A stretch of DNA of 64,000 nucleotides, from assembly GCA_028534125.1 (NCBI GenBank), contig CM052818.1:1862001-1926000 (forward strand), written 5' to 3'. Under the pieces are notes generated by a model that had not been told where the DNA came from, did not search any database, and saw only the letters and a program-made list of their open reading frames with translations. The translations under genes were made by a program, and so were the position numbers. Of this stretch, positions 1 to 13,200 are shown piece by piece; positions within the stretch are counted from its first letter, which is position 1, and every line of letters starts with the position of its first letter. This stretch comes from Lama glama. Taxonomy: Eukaryota.

Positions 1-2030
1 CCACTTGAGAAATTAAAAATCGCTTTTCTAAGTCACTCTTGGGCCTAAGAGAAAATGTCAATAATAGGCAGTGTAGAACGTAATGATCACGCTGACAACA
101 CAGAAAAATAAACGAGCCGAACATCTATTTCCAGATGCCAGAAAAAGAAAAAAAAAGAAAAAGAAAGAAACCAGAAGGAGACGCTAACAGCAAAACCCCC
201 AGAAATTAATGAATTAGAAAATGGGAAACATAAATCGATAAATACAGCCAGAGCCTGGCTCTTTAAAAAGACCAGTGACTTAGAGAAACCACTGCAAAGC
301 TAATCAAGAAAAGGAAAATGTGATCGTGCAGAAATGAGAAATGGTGGAGTAAATGAAAAATAGAAAGGAATAGGTTTATAACTTGATGCTAATAAACGTG
401 AAAATCTCAATGAAGTGGGTAGTTTTCCGGGAAAATAAAAATGATTAGATTTGACTGAAGAAGTGGTAGAAAAGCAGAAGAGATGGGCTGAAAAAGTCCA
501 CGAAAGTCTTAAACCAAGACCGTTTCAGAGGTGACCTCTTTCAAACCTTCAAGGGACAGATCATCACTGTGCTGTTTAAATAGAATTGGTGTGTGGGAAA
601 AGGTGGACAGCTTCCCAAGTCATATTACTAAGCCAGCACTGCCCGGACACAAAAGCCAACCAGCCAGCTGGGCAAAAGAGAAACTGCAGCCCAATTTCGC
701 AAACACAGATGCAAAATATTAGAAAATCGAATGCCATCAAATGTGTAGAGTAACAATACACTGTTAAACAAGGAGGGCTGAGGCCAGCAATGCAAATGTC
801 ATTCAATATCAGGAAATCTCTTAGTGTGATCAATCACATGAGTGGACCAAGGAGAAAAACACGTTATTACTATCTTTAGAGCTTAGACATCAGAAACCCT
901 GAGTACAAATCCTGTCTCTTTTCCCTTCCTAACTGTGGACCTTGGGCACTCACCGTATCTTCAAGTTTGGAAAAATAATGTCTAAAGTCAGGGTCATGTG
1001 CAGATTAAATTAAAGAATAAATATAAAACTCCTGGCACAGAGCAAGGCATATAATCAGAGCTCGGTAAATGAGAGTTTTAGAAAAACTTCAAGACACTGT
1101 CAGCTATTCCTGGTGATACTCTGTAAATAAAACAAGAATTGGAGAAAAGTCCTTTCATATTACCAGGACATTCTCCCTCAAACCAAAGCAACATCATAAT
1201 TAACTGTGAAAACATTAGCAATACCCCAATTAAGTTCAGGAACAAGATAAGAATGCCTCTATGTCTGCACTCCTACTTATTAATGTTCCAGACGTTCTAG
1301 CAATGGGATTAAACAAGAAGATAAATTAGGAGTCACAAATAGTCCCATGGAGGAAATATTATCATATTTATTTCAGGAGTTATAGTTTTATTATAATTTC
1401 AGTCTCTCAAAAAATCAGTTAAGAAGGTCATAGAACTGACAAATGAATTTAGTCGGATAGCAGTCACCAAATACAGAAATAGAGATATAAAAACCAACAC
1501 CTTTTTTATCATAATGAGCAAGCCATTAGGACATATCATAGAAATATATTGCATTTACAGCCGTGACAAAATTCATGGGAATTAACAATAAATGGACAAG
1601 GTTTATGTAAAGAAAACAAAAAGACTTAAAGAGAAGCTCAAAATGAGACTTAAAAGGAGAGACAAATACTCTTTTCCAAGAAGAATCAACAATACAAGTT
1701 TTCAGTTGTTCCAATTAATCTGTAAATAAACAAATCTCAGTCAAAATCTCAAAAAGTTTTTTGGTTTTTTTTTTTTTTTTTTTTTTAGGGAAATTTTGGT
1801 AAAATCATTGTAAAGTTCTCTGGACGTGAGAAGAGAAAAATGTTGCAAGGTGGATGGACTTGCCCTACCAGATATTAAATATAATTAAAGGCTCCAACAA
1901 TTAAAACAGATTCCCTGGTATGTAACATACAGACAGATGGACTCATGGGACAGACTAGGAAGGCAGGAACAGAGCCAAGTGTGCATGAAATTTACTATTG
2001 ATTATGGAGCATTTCACAGACCAGTCAATA
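1..2030 (+). mobile_element. Ancient L1 (L1M/L1ME-like) ORF2 remnants, interrupted by a MIR
   Basis: A-rich, degenerate ORF2 motifs (gttcaggaacaagataagaatgcc, ggacttgccctaccagatattaaa); no open frame. Confidence 0.7.
877..1078 (+). mobile_element. MIR SINE
   Basis: ctgagtacaaatcctgtctc..ctgtggaccttgggc..gattaaat..ctggcacagagc..ctcggtaaatg. Confidence 0.7.
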
Positions 2031-2059
2031 TATAGATCTCAGCATCTAACTATGTATAT

Positions 2060-2880
2060 TTTTATTTTTGACTTTTTGTTTTGAGAAGATTTCAAGTTTT
2101 TAGAAAAGGTGCAAGAATAGAGCAATAAACTCCACTGTATCCTTCACGGTGATTCACCGATTGTTAACATTTCATAATTGTTTATAACTTTATGCTAATA
2201 AACTTGCAAATCTTATGAATTCAAACCCCGGCTTTTTTTCCACTGCCTAAGGCGCGCTGGATGCCCCTCCGTGTGGCCCTTTGGGAGGCACATGGCATAG
2301 GTTCTTCTATTATTAGTGATGTCGACTTTGACTGGCAGTATTTAATGGATTTCTCCACTGTGAAGTTACCCTGTTTCCTTTTGTGATTAATACAAAATCT
2401 GTGGGAGGCTAGTTTGCGGCTGTGTGAATATCTGTTACCCACTTTGTCTGAATTAGCTGCTGCTGGATTGCTGGGCGGTGGTGGTTTTCCAACTCTGTTA
2501 ATCCTTCTGTATTTATGAGTTGGCACTTTGTTGTACAGAAGAGCTTCCTCTCCCTCTTTTTTCTCCCTCCCTCTCTTGTCCCTTTCCTCTTCCCTTCCCT
2601 CTTTCTTGTATGGACTCATGGATTCTTATGTTATTCAGTGGGCCATCATCACTGTCATTTTTCATTTTAATGGTCAAATTGTCTCATATTTGGCCCATAG
2701 GTCCTTTGTCCTTTTGACCTGTTCCCATCCGTTTTTGAGCCCTCCCCTGCTTTCTGGCACAACAAGATGTTCCAGGCTCATCTTGTACTTTCTCTACCCC
2801 CAGCTTGAAATTAGCCATTTCTCTAAGGAACTTTGGTTCCTTTTATTGGGAAATGGTATTGAGAAATAAAGATCTGGGCA
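2060..2880 (-). mobile_element. Ancient L1 (L1MC/MD-like) 3' UTR fragments
   Basis: ttgttttgagaagatttcaagtttttagaaaaggtgcaagaatag... and gttccaggctcatcttgtactttc..ccatttctctaagga motifs. Confidence 0.65.
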
Positions 2881-3044
2881 TAATTAAATACAAAAACTTA
2901 AATCATGAAAGACTCATAGATGAAGAGTTACATAATCTTTGGGTGAGAAAGAACTTTTTAATATAATATCAAAGGCGAAACTCAGATTTAACTGTATGCA
3001 AATTTAGGAACTTCTCTAGGAAATCATCATAAACAAAATATTGG

Positions 3045-4675
3045 GAGGTCCAAGGCTCATTCTTTGAATTTCTTCTCTTTTCACATTCCTTCCCTTGGTG
3101 ACTTCATTTGATATGATGGCTTTAAGGACATTATTTTCTGATAACTAGCAAATTTGCTTCTCCTGCCTGGACCTCCCTTCTGGATCCCAGGCCTGTGTGC
3201 TCACCTGCCCATTTATCATCTTCACTTAGACGTCCACTGTGAATCCTGACCTCTTTACCCCTCCCCAGCCTACTCAGACCACATCATTCCTCCATCAGAA
3301 TCCCCCCCATGACTCTCATACTGCTTGGAAAAGAAGCCCAAGTGCTCACAGTGGCCTCCTCAGCTCAGCATCATTGGTCCTTAACTCTGGCTGCACGGTA
3401 GAATCATCTGGAAACTTTAAAAGAAGTAGAGGTACCCGGAATGGTGCCAGTTAAATGAGCATCTTTGGGAGTGGGGCTTGGGCATTGGGAATGTAGGAAA
3501 GCCCTTGAGGGTCTTAATGTGCAGACGGAGTGGGGGACTCCTGCCCTGTGTGATCTGCCCAATGGCATCTCTGTCCTCACCCCTACAACCTCTCCTTTCT
3601 CCCCTGCTTGCTCCATTCTAACGGAGCTGAGCTTTTTGTTGTTTTAGAGGTCACTAGGCATGCTCTCACCTCAGGGCCTTTGCACATGCTATTTCCGCCT
3701 ACCTAGAACCTCTTTCTTCATACATCTGAATGGCTTGGCTCTCTCACTTCCTTCATGTTTTCTCTGACTGGAGGCCCTGCACTTCTCAGTGAGATCTTCC
3801 TTGTTTAGAATTACGAAGCCCATTTCCCTACCAGCACAATGTATCCCTCTTCCCTACTTTATATTTTTTTCCATAGCATCTCAATAATCTGGCATTTTAT
3901 GTATGTATGCATGTATGTATTTATGTATTTACTGTATGTCTCACTCTCTAGAGCAGGAGAGTGGCAAACTACAGCATGTTGGTCAAATTTAGCCCGCAGT
4001 CTTGTGTATTTATCGGCCAGCACTATCAACTATGAAGACCCAGTCGGAGCACCCTCCTGCACCCATTTTCCTCTCAGCTCACAGTAACTGCCTCCCCATC
4101 CCACCCCTCAACCCCCCAGACCCTCTTGTAGCTACCTGTGTGCTGTTGGCAACTGCCAGTCACGAGGGTGGACTCTTGGGCCAGGAGACAGTGACTCAGC
4201 CAGTGGCCTCCCCTCTAACCAGCAGCCCTAGTTCAGACAGCAGGCTTTCCTGGAAAAGCAAAGTGCATTGGGGTTTGGTGGTCACTGAGGCAGAGAGTGA
4301 AACTGACCATTGCAGCTGCACCCACCTCCTGTCTGCCACCCCTCCTCCTTGGGTTGATCTCTCCTCTTCCCAAGAATGTCTCCAGTGGACAGCCACCCCC
4401 ACACTGTGCCCTCCACCCCGGCAACGGGGGTGAAGCAGAGAGGAGTGCAAGTTTTCTCTTTGGTTGCATAAGCACCTACTTGGAATTTGCCTATTGACCT
4501 AAAGTATTTAGTATTATCTGGTCCTGTTACAGAAAAAGTGTATGGACACTTGCTTCAGAGTATAAGCTTTTTAAGGGCATCATTTTTAAATCTTATTTTG
4601 TTTGCTGATAATTTTTCTGTATCTAATAGAGTATCTGGCACATAGATACTCAACAAATATTTAATAGATGAATAC
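3045..4675 (+). mobile_element. L2 LINE 3' region split by a MER5A-like insertion (about 3372-3545) and a MER58-like insertion
   Basis: cctcagggcctttgcacatgct and the terminal tctggcacatagatactcaacaaatattt..tgaat are L2 hallmarks. Confidence 0.75.
3954..4552. mobile_element. hAT-Charlie MITE with MER58-like ends and an atypical GC-rich interior
   Basis: 5' end caggagagtggcaaactacagc..ggtcaaatttagccc; 3' end aaagtattt..tatctggtcctgttacagaaaaagtg..cacttg. Candidate 8-bp TSD ctctagag/cttcagag. Confidence 0.6.
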
Positions 4676-5656
4676 AAAGCAAATGATAAACTAGAAAAAT
4701 ATATGCAAATATTTTAAATATCACATATAGCAAAAAATCCTTAAAATACAAAGAACTAGTATATATCATTAAGAAAAATAGAAACATCCTAAGAGAAATC
4801 AGGTAAAGATAAGAAGATAAATATTCACAAAGTGAATACACATACAATGACCAGTAAACATAAGAAAACTTTGATACCAATCAAATAAATCCAAAATAGA
4901 AAAAGATACGTTTCACTTATCAGGTTGGCAAAGACTCCAACAATGAGAACACCTGGTTTTACGAAGGTGACCTGAGGGATACTGTGTCCCAAGACAAAGG
5001 GCACACAGCACTTTTGGTAAGAAAGTGGTCTTAGAGTAATGCCTAAATGAATGCTGTTGGCTGCTCTGCTCATACCTCACAAACATAATTCTCGAAAAAA
5101 ATGCTGGCCTAGAGCAGAACTTTTCCCATTCAAAGGTGAATAATAAATAGAAATGAATCATCAAGAAAACTGTTACAGCAGAGAAAGGAGAAAAGATGCA
5201 TAAAAGTAAAAAGCTGACGAAGAGTGCATATCAGAAAAGGAATTACTTCAGGAAACAGCATTTCAGGAAAAATACCCTGTCCATGATTGCAAAGAAATTA
5301 TGAGAACATGAACTCTTAAGGGGGAAGGGGAAGAAAGAGAAGAGATAAAAGAGATTTAAGGAGCAACATTAAGACAATGGAGAGAGATAAAAAGGGAGCT
5401 GATAAACAGAAAAAATAGAAATGTAAGATAATAATAAATGCTTTAGATAAAACCTTATTGGCAATCACAACAATTGAGCATATTTTTGAAAGCAGAGTAG
5501 GATGCCTATTAGATGCCTATTAGATAAGTATAAGGGGAAAAAAAATCACATAAAATGAAATGGGGAAGAACAAGAGGCAAAAATAGTAGTTGTTCAAGAT
5601 AGGCCAAAGAACTCCAGCATGTGTGCAACTGTTGTTTCATTAGAAGTGACAGAATA

Positions 5657-6460
5657 CAGAACGGCCATCATTCAAAAGTCCACAAACTATAGATGCTGGA
5701 GAGGGTGTGGAGAAAAGGGAACCCTCCTACACTGCTGGTGGGAATGCAGGTTGGTGCAGCCACTGTGGAAAACAGTATGGAGATTTCTCAAAAAACTAAA
5801 AACAGACTTGCCATATGATCCAGCAATCCCACTTCTGGGTATATATCCTGAGGGAACTCTTATTTGAAAAGATACGTGCACCCCAATGTTCATAGTAGCG
5901 CTATACACAATAGCCAAGACATTGAAGCAACCTAAATGCTCATCAACAGATGACTGGATAAAAGAGCTGTGGTATATTTATACAATGGAATACTACTCAG
6001 CCATAAAAAAGAATAAAATAATGCCATTTGCAGCAACATGGATGGACCTGGAGATCATCATTCTAAGTGAAGTAAGCCAGAAATAGAAAGAAAAATACCA
6101 TATCATATCAGTCATATGTGAATCTAAAAAAAAAAAAGGACACTATGAACTTATCTACAAAACAGAAGTAGACTCTCAGACTTACTAAACAATCTTATGG
6201 TTACTGGAGGAAGGGGGTGGGAGGAGATAAATTTGGGAGTTTGATATTTACAAATGTTAGCCACTATATATAAAATTAGATTTTAAAAAGGTTCTTCTGT
6301 ATAGTACAGGGAACCATGCTCAATATCTTATAATAACCTTTAATGGAAAAAAATATGAAAACAAATATATGTATGTATATGCAAGACTGGGACACTGTGC
6401 TGGACACCAGAGATTGACACATTGTAACTGACTGTACTTCAATTCAAAAAACAAACAAAG
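5657..6460 (+). mobile_element. Lineage-specific (camelid-type) L1, 5'-truncated: ORF2 C-terminus + 3' UTR
   Basis: ORF2 end [34 protein letters not shown]...[14 protein letters not shown]; 3' UTR ends ttgtaactgactgtacttcaatt + A tail. TSD gaagtgacagaata (5643-5656) / gaagtgatggaata (6461-6474). Confidence 0.93.
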
Positions 6461-7569
6461 GAAGTGATGGAATAAATGAAGTAGAAAAAGAATTCAAAAA
6501 TAAATGAAAATTGTCCTACAAAGGAAGACCTGAATGTACAGCTTGAAAGGGCACATTTATGTTCCAGAAAGAACACATCCTAATGAAATAATTAAGTATT
6601 AGAGCTAAAGAAAGAATCGGATGGCATCCAGGAAGAAAAAGCAAGCCTCACTGGCCTGAGGCTTATCCCCAGTGACATTCAGTATCAAAAGAGAGCAGAG
6701 CACTGTCTCCAGAGTTCTGAGGGAAGTGTGACCCCACAGGTTTTCACTCAGCCAAATTGTCACTCAAGTCTATGGGCAATAGTCTTATTCACAAACCTGA
6801 AAATACGCCGGGGCTGTTGCATTCTGTACTTCTTGAAAAACTACCTGGGAATTGAATCCAGTTAATCAAGAGATAAATCTAAATAAAGAACCCTGGAATG
6901 GAGAAACCATTGGATTAAATGGTGGGTGAAGAATCTTGAATAAGTTTATATATAGAACTGTTGTGTTTCTATTATAAATACAATATTGAAAATGCAAAAA
7001 CTCTTGTTGGTGGAAGCCACTGAAATTTGGGGGCTGTTTGTTACTGCAGGATAAACTAGCACAAGCTAACTGATACACGAGGATTGCTTTAATAAACCAG
7101 AGTTTATTTGAGTGAGAGACTGGGGGGATTTCTGGGGAAGAATACATCCTAAGATTAGAAAGCTCTTGGTTGGTCTTGGAGAGGCTAAGGGAGTCTAATA
7201 TAGGGTGGTGTTACTTACACATGTCCTTGGCCACATCCCAGGAACTCATATCCTTGGGGGAGAGAGAGCTGCAGTACAAGAGCATAATATCCAGTTCACT
7301 ACAACTCTGGAAGATACTATGGTGAGAGCAGTGAACTTTGAGATTCTCCCCTTGAATGTAACACAGTGAGGGATGCGGGGCAGGTAGAAAGTCTGTCTCA
7401 CTGCCCTGACCCACTGATAGCTTTGCATCTTGAGGGTTCCAGGACTTTGGTGGCCATGCCCACTGGGGAGTGCTGTATGGAGGAGTTATGTTCAGGGGTG
7501 GAGTACAGAGCCCGGTGGTTGTGGAGGGTCCTGTGTTAGACTGTGAGTCTGGCCTGAACAGAGGCTATA

Positions 7570-8316
7570 GCAATGATGGCTTCAGTTGCAAGTAATGGGA
7601 TTGTTAGCAATGAAAACACGAAAGAGAATTTATAGGTGTAGGATGTGGAAACGTCCAGCAATGCAATGAGATTAAGGCAATTTGATCTAGAGGTCCAAGG
7701 ATGCCATTTAGGACTTGATTTCTTTTCACTTTTCTGTTTTGTTTCCATGAGGTCAACTTCATCCTTTGGATGCATCCCTCTGTGTTTGCAAGATGGCCAC
7801 CTCTAATTCCTAGGTGGGCACAACAAGCAAGTGAGAAAACAAAATCACTGAACACAGTTCTCGAGCTTCATTCTCATTGGATTAGTTTAGGTCATACATC
7901 CAAACTAATAACGTGGGAGGGAACGACAGTGTATCATTGGCTTAGACCAGCAGTTGTCAACCAAGGGCAATTTTGATTTTGCCCCCCAGGGGACATTTGT
8001 CGATGTCTGAAGGCATTTTATCACAAGTGTGTGTGTGTGTGTCTGTGTGTGTGAGAAAGAGACTGGCATCTAGTAGATAAAGGCCAGAGATGCTGCCAAA
8101 CGTCCTACAAAGTCCAGGCCAGCCTTACTCCCCACCCCAAATGAAGAATTATCTGACCCCAAATGTCAATAGTGCTGAAGTTTAGACACCCTGGCTTGGA
8201 CCAATCAGGATCACTCTTAGGGATGAGATGCAGTCAGGACCTTCTCAAACCACCTGGCTGCTACACATGCAGGAAGGATGAAACGGATGCTGAGAAGGCA
8301 ACGTGATACCCTCCAC
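7570..8316 (-). mobile_element. MLT1-type (ERVL-MaLR) LTR interrupted by MER20
   Basis: ttcagttgcaagtaa, caagatggccacc, tctcattggattagtttaggtca, ccaatcaggatc motifs. Confidence 0.65.
7948..8193. mobile_element. MER20 hAT DNA transposon with internal (TG)n
   Basis: cagcagttgtcaacc..ttttgccccccaggggacattt..ggcatctagt..aggccagagatgctgccaaac..aaatgtcaatagtgctgaagtt..ccctg. 8-bp TSD gcttagac/gcttggac. Confidence 0.9.
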
Positions 8317-8530
8317 AGGTGCCAGTGGGCCACTAGGTGGCAACTGGACTTGCGTGTGGACACAGGTGAGACACTCCTGGGGCCTCCCAGCAACCTTGGA
8401 GTGGAGATTATAAGATGCCAAATTCTTGCATAACATGGACCAGAGAAATCAGGGTTATTATCGACAGGGTGACTTCATTTGTTCCCAGAGGCTGGCGAAG
8501 GCTTGGCCAGCCCAGCTTACACAATTGTAC

Positions 8531-9007
8531 TGTTGTGGGCACAACGGGGCGGCCGGTCGGTGACACGGTGATGTGCGGGTTGATAAAAGAATTCGCCAGA
8601 GGTAAAGTATGGGACTAGAAAGGAGTTTCTTAGGGTACACTGTCTTAGACAACAGGGGGCCACACAGGTGAGGGGTGCCTGCATGAGCACCACTGAGGGC
8701 TGGTTTTTGGGGTCTTTTATAAGGTAGGGTCACAAAGTGCCTGATCGGCTTGTGCACGAGGCTCTGTTGGTGGTAGGTGAGGTAAAAGGTTTAGCGTCCA
8801 TGAAGGGCGGTGGGGTGTGACTCTGCTTAGGTGGGCTGAAACAAGCCCGCCTGAGCTATCATGAGATTATTACCTGGGGCTACTAGTTTGTTCAGGCAAA
8901 CACGCCCAGTAAAGACTGTGCCTTATCTGTTGAGGGACCACAGGCAGACATCTGAGAGCCCAGGAATGGGGGTCATCAGACTTTGAAGGACATCAGTTGG
9001 CCCAACA
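8531..9007 (-). mobile_element. Solo LTR of family A (ERV1)
   Basis: Reverse complement TGTTGGGCCAA...GTGCCCACAACA aligns with 62166-62620. 5-bp TSD tgtac/tgtag. Intact TATAAAAG on the minus strand at 8714-8721. Confidence 0.88.
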
Positions 9008-9009
9008 TG

Positions 9010-10210
9010 TAGGATTTCAGAATAAGACCTGGAAGCTTGAGTACCATTACCTGCTTGAGTTGGGGAGGACGGTGTAGGGACGAGACCTGGGGCAGGGCAG
9101 GAGATGTGGAAGTGGGCAGCTTCAGGACGAGAGGGCTGCAGGCCCAGCCAGGGACGGCCAGCTCCTCCCAAAGGCGATAAGGATCCCTTGAGAGATGGCG
9201 AAGAAGGGAATGACATCATCAGATTTTCATTTTATAAAGATTATCCCTGGGGCTGTGGATATAGAGCACGTGCTTAGCATGCACAAGGTACTGGATTCAA
9301 TCCGCAGTACCTCCTCTAAAAATAAATAAATAAACCGAATTACCTCCTTTTCTCCTTCCAAAAAAAAAAAAAAGACTTCTTTTGTGATGGAAGAGTTAGA
9401 CTGAGGGTGGACACGCAGGTGGGCAGGATGGTCTCTCGTTTGGAGGCTGCAGCATTGTCCTGGGTGAGGCTAGATGACGCCTGGGACCAAGGAGGTGGAG
9501 AGGAGGACATGGGTTTGAGGGCTACAGAGGAGGAGGCAGTTATGGGGTTTGGAGATGAGTTGAATGAAGGAGGTCAAGGAAAGGGAGGAGTCAGGAATAT
9601 CTCCCACGTTTCTGACCAAACCGGCTGGTTGGGTGATGCAAACACCAATGGAGCTTGAACGACAGAGGAGGGGCTAGGGTGTCGGGGTGGGAGCAGAGAC
9701 GACAAGATGGGTTTTGAATCTGTTGGGTTTGCGGGGCTTATGGGAGCTGGATCTGGAGCTTAGCAGGGTCATTGTCTAATCAGTGGAATTGATTCACTGG
9801 GAGGGGATCTGCACAGTAAGGGAAAAGAAGGGGCACTCCGGAGAGAAGGTTGGGGAATGCCAGCATCTAAGGACAGGCTGGAAAGAGAGCCTGAGGGAGG
9901 GCTGGCTAGGAGGAAAATCAGAGAGGGAGAGAAACTTGGGAGAAGCAGGGAGTTGCCAAGTACCAGACCCCACCAAGAAATCATGGCCGATAAGACCTGA
10001 AAGCGCCTATTGAATTTAATACCAGGAGGCTGGTGACGACCTTGGGAAACAGCGCTCCTGCAGCGATAGAGGCGGAAGTCAGATTGCAAAGCCCTGGGCA
10101 GAGGATGGGAGGTGAGGGGACAGAGCGGGTGACTCCAGACCCTTGTATGGAGAAACGTGACTGGGAAGGGAGCAAAAGGAGATGGTGGCAGGAAGAAGGG
10201 CAAACTGGCT
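9010..10210 (-). mobile_element. L2 LINE fragment
   Basis: Purine-rich antisense L2 motifs (gggaggagtcaggaat.., ggctggtgacgaccttgg, gccagattgc-like). Confidence 0.6.
9260..9373 (+). mobile_element. 5'-truncated Vic-1-like camelid tRNA-derived SINE
   Basis: tagagcacgtgcttagcatgcacaaggtactggattcaatccgcagtacctcc (tRNA-Ala-like, with B box) + aaataaataaataaaccgaattacctcc + A tail; inserted in an L2. Confidence 0.8.
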
Positions 10211-13200
10211 GGACAGAAGATTCAGAAAAATCTGAAAACCGCTCCTATTACATTTAAAAACCAAATAATCAAAAAAGTTTACAGACAGTGAGCTAGACAA
10301 TTACATTAATAAAGGACTTCCACTGGAGAGAGAAAAAAATGAGTGTTAATATAGCCTTTCAAAAAGTCAACGCTTTTAAGCTGATATTTTTAGCTTTTGT
10401 TAAGTAATCTGATACTTTCTTTTCATAAGAGCAATATATGTTACTTAAAACTCTAATTTTAATTTTAATAGCAGAATAAAATGAAATCCTATCATTTTAC
10501 ATGAAATATAGTTTATGTATATATAATCTATATTAAATGCATGTACATTTCATTTATATGAAATCATTTTATAATTAACGTAACTGTTTCTCTCTGGCTG
10601 CAATTATTTTTGTTTATTAAGAGGCTCAGACCTTTCACGCTGAGGGAAAGAGTTAGTGGAGGAGAGAAGAGAATGAGATGTCCCGTCCCAAGTTCACGGT
10701 CCCCCTTAGGAGCCTGAAGTCTCCTGTTCCCAGCTCCGGGACCCCTTTAATTTCCCACATGTTTGAGGAAGAGAAAGCTAAGGCCAACGGCTGAGCAAGC
10801 CCTTGCCAGCTGAAGTCACCATCCTTCTCCAACACCCAAGGCCTCCCTTTGCCTTCCAAGTGAGATCACTTTTCCGGACACTTATCAGGTCTGCTTTATA
10901 TTCGTGTTTCAAAACGTGCGATGGCAATACTCTGAAAACCTAGCTGAGTCATTTCCTTATCAGAAGTGGAAGAGTTTGGACTTGATCTTGGACAAAATGT
11001 GGGAGAAACTGGCTCCTATGCTAACCACCCCCTGGTGTTCAGCAGGCCTCTTCCTGCTGCCCCTGGCTGGAATCTTCCCTCCCGGTAGGTGAATGATCCT
11101 TAATTCCATCACTGCCCTTCTGAACCGGATGACTCAGGTGATACCCAACCACGGCCCCAGGGTAATCAATCGCAGTGCTGACCTCTTGATGTAAGCGGGT
11201 GGGGACTGCAGGCCCAGAGATAACTGTGTCATTGCACAACTCCAGGTCGCCATGGAAACTGGCAGGGGATCTGGAAGCCTGGGCTGATGCCATCCTGAAT
11301 TTAGAAGCTGGACAGGAGATGGATTATGGCAGAAGGTATCAGGCCCAAGCAGGCTCCTGGACTGGATGGTTGAAAAAGAAAGTAGTCACCACCAGGCTCT
11401 GCTCAAAAGGCTGGTGAAATTCTTTCCTGTTCATTTTTGATAGGTTGTGAATTAACAAGGGGGAGCAGCGGTGTCGATTTTACCCCAAATTTCACAGGCC
11501 ACCCTGTGGAGCCAAATGGTGACCCGGGGACTGGAATGACCTGACCGTTCTCTGACTCTGACTTTCCCATCTCCTTACAGCTGAGACCGGATGGATGTCC
11601 AGCTACCTGGAAGGTTGATTCAAGAATAAATCTCAACCAGGGTCTTGGGAAATGGAAGGAGCTCAGAGTTGAATTGGATAAATCAGCACAGTTATGTCTG
11701 GTTTTCAGCCTTGCTCTGACCTAAAGCCCCGGATCCAGAGACTGGCGGTATCCCTGAACCCAGTCTAAACAGGGTCTGTCTTGTCCCTGAGCCCTTTCAG
11801 GAACTCTGGTCCATCCACATGTTGGATCTGCATCTTGTCTCTACCAGTCTGCCGCATCCTCTCTTCCCGGAGAAGCACACGCTGTGCTGTCTTGCAGGCC
11901 AGGATGGCCATAAGACAGCTGCTGCTCACTCCTCTCTCTGCCCCTCTTGCCAGGCCCCTCCAAGGCTGGCCCTGTCTTCTCAATCTCCACTGCCAGTCTG
12001 CTTGCTTCCCACTGGCCCAACTGTCCTTCCCGCCCCGATCACAGCTGGTGTGTCCCCAGCATACGGCTGTTCCAGAGTCATATCTAATTTCCAACCCCAA
12101 CATTCCCATAGCCTACAAGCCTCCAGCTCCTTTTCTCACAGTTTGGAGCTTGGAGGCTGCCACCTTCACTGCCCCCTTGTAAGGGGAGCAGCCTTGGGCA
12201 GCTGCTTGCAAGCGAATGCTGAGCATGATCGTCTGGGACCTTGCTCCTCTCTGGCCACAATGAGTTGGCCCAGGAATCAGGACTTGAGCACAAGGAAGCC
12301 ATTTGTTGGTGGGATGCAGGGGAGATGAGCTGTCCGCAAACCTCCCTGTGGTAAGATTTTGCCTACAGGGCTGTTCCACACTGGACAGTGACTGGCTGTC
12401 AGATCAAATCTTCTCTCTTGGGAATTTTGAAAGTGAGATAAGGCATGGAAGTCAGGCAGTGAAAAGGTGAAACAAAGGTAGAGGAAGGGCAGGACGGATG
12501 CCTGGGTCAGTGACGGGGAAGTCACACTCTGCAGCCACTCTGAGCCTTCCTGGGGACCAGGTACCAGCTGGCTTCCCCAGATGGGGAACCAGCCGTGGTT
12601 AAGCCCCTGCTGAGGCAGGTTCTTCTCACTTCCCCATCTCCCAGGATTACCCTGAGCAAGGCTTTGTTCATAACCAGCCTTCCCAGGAGTGAATGGCCAC
12701 ACCCAAAGGGTGTTAACTGAGGAAAAGATTGAGGTCAGAAGGAGGGAGTTTTCACAGAATGTCTTGGCTAACAAGCCATTGATTCTAGAAGCTAAGGAGA
12801 TGAAGACACAGATGACACGCTTATCAAATGAGGGTGTGACCTGGGATTGAGAGGGAGAACGAATGGAGACTGAGGACAAAGGTCAAAGAGACCTCGTGTT
12901 AGGCTGGAGAGAGGGGCCAAATCCAATGTGATGACACACAAAGGACAGAGGAGACTTGTTCCTTCCTCCCAAATTGGAGCACTACCGCGCTTTAAAAAAA
13001 TACTTGTCATGTCTCACTGGCTGCAGGAAAATAGTCCACAGAGTGAGGGCGTTGCCCCAGAGGGAAAGCAAGATGTTTGAATCCTATACTAATGAGAGCA
13101 TGGTCTCTGTTCAACCTCCACCGATGGCCTGGGACAAAGTGTCAGGCCCCAGGAGGCCCCATGGGGCTGTTCTTGTAGTGAGTGGCGCTTTCTTGGGAGA

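Noticed and set aside
9260..9315. tRNA gene
   Set aside because: Lacks the 5' part and A box and is followed by a SINE body and A tail.
10215..10640. AT-rich island in a GC-rich context
   Set aside because: Probably an old DNA-transposon fragment, but I could not establish termini or family.
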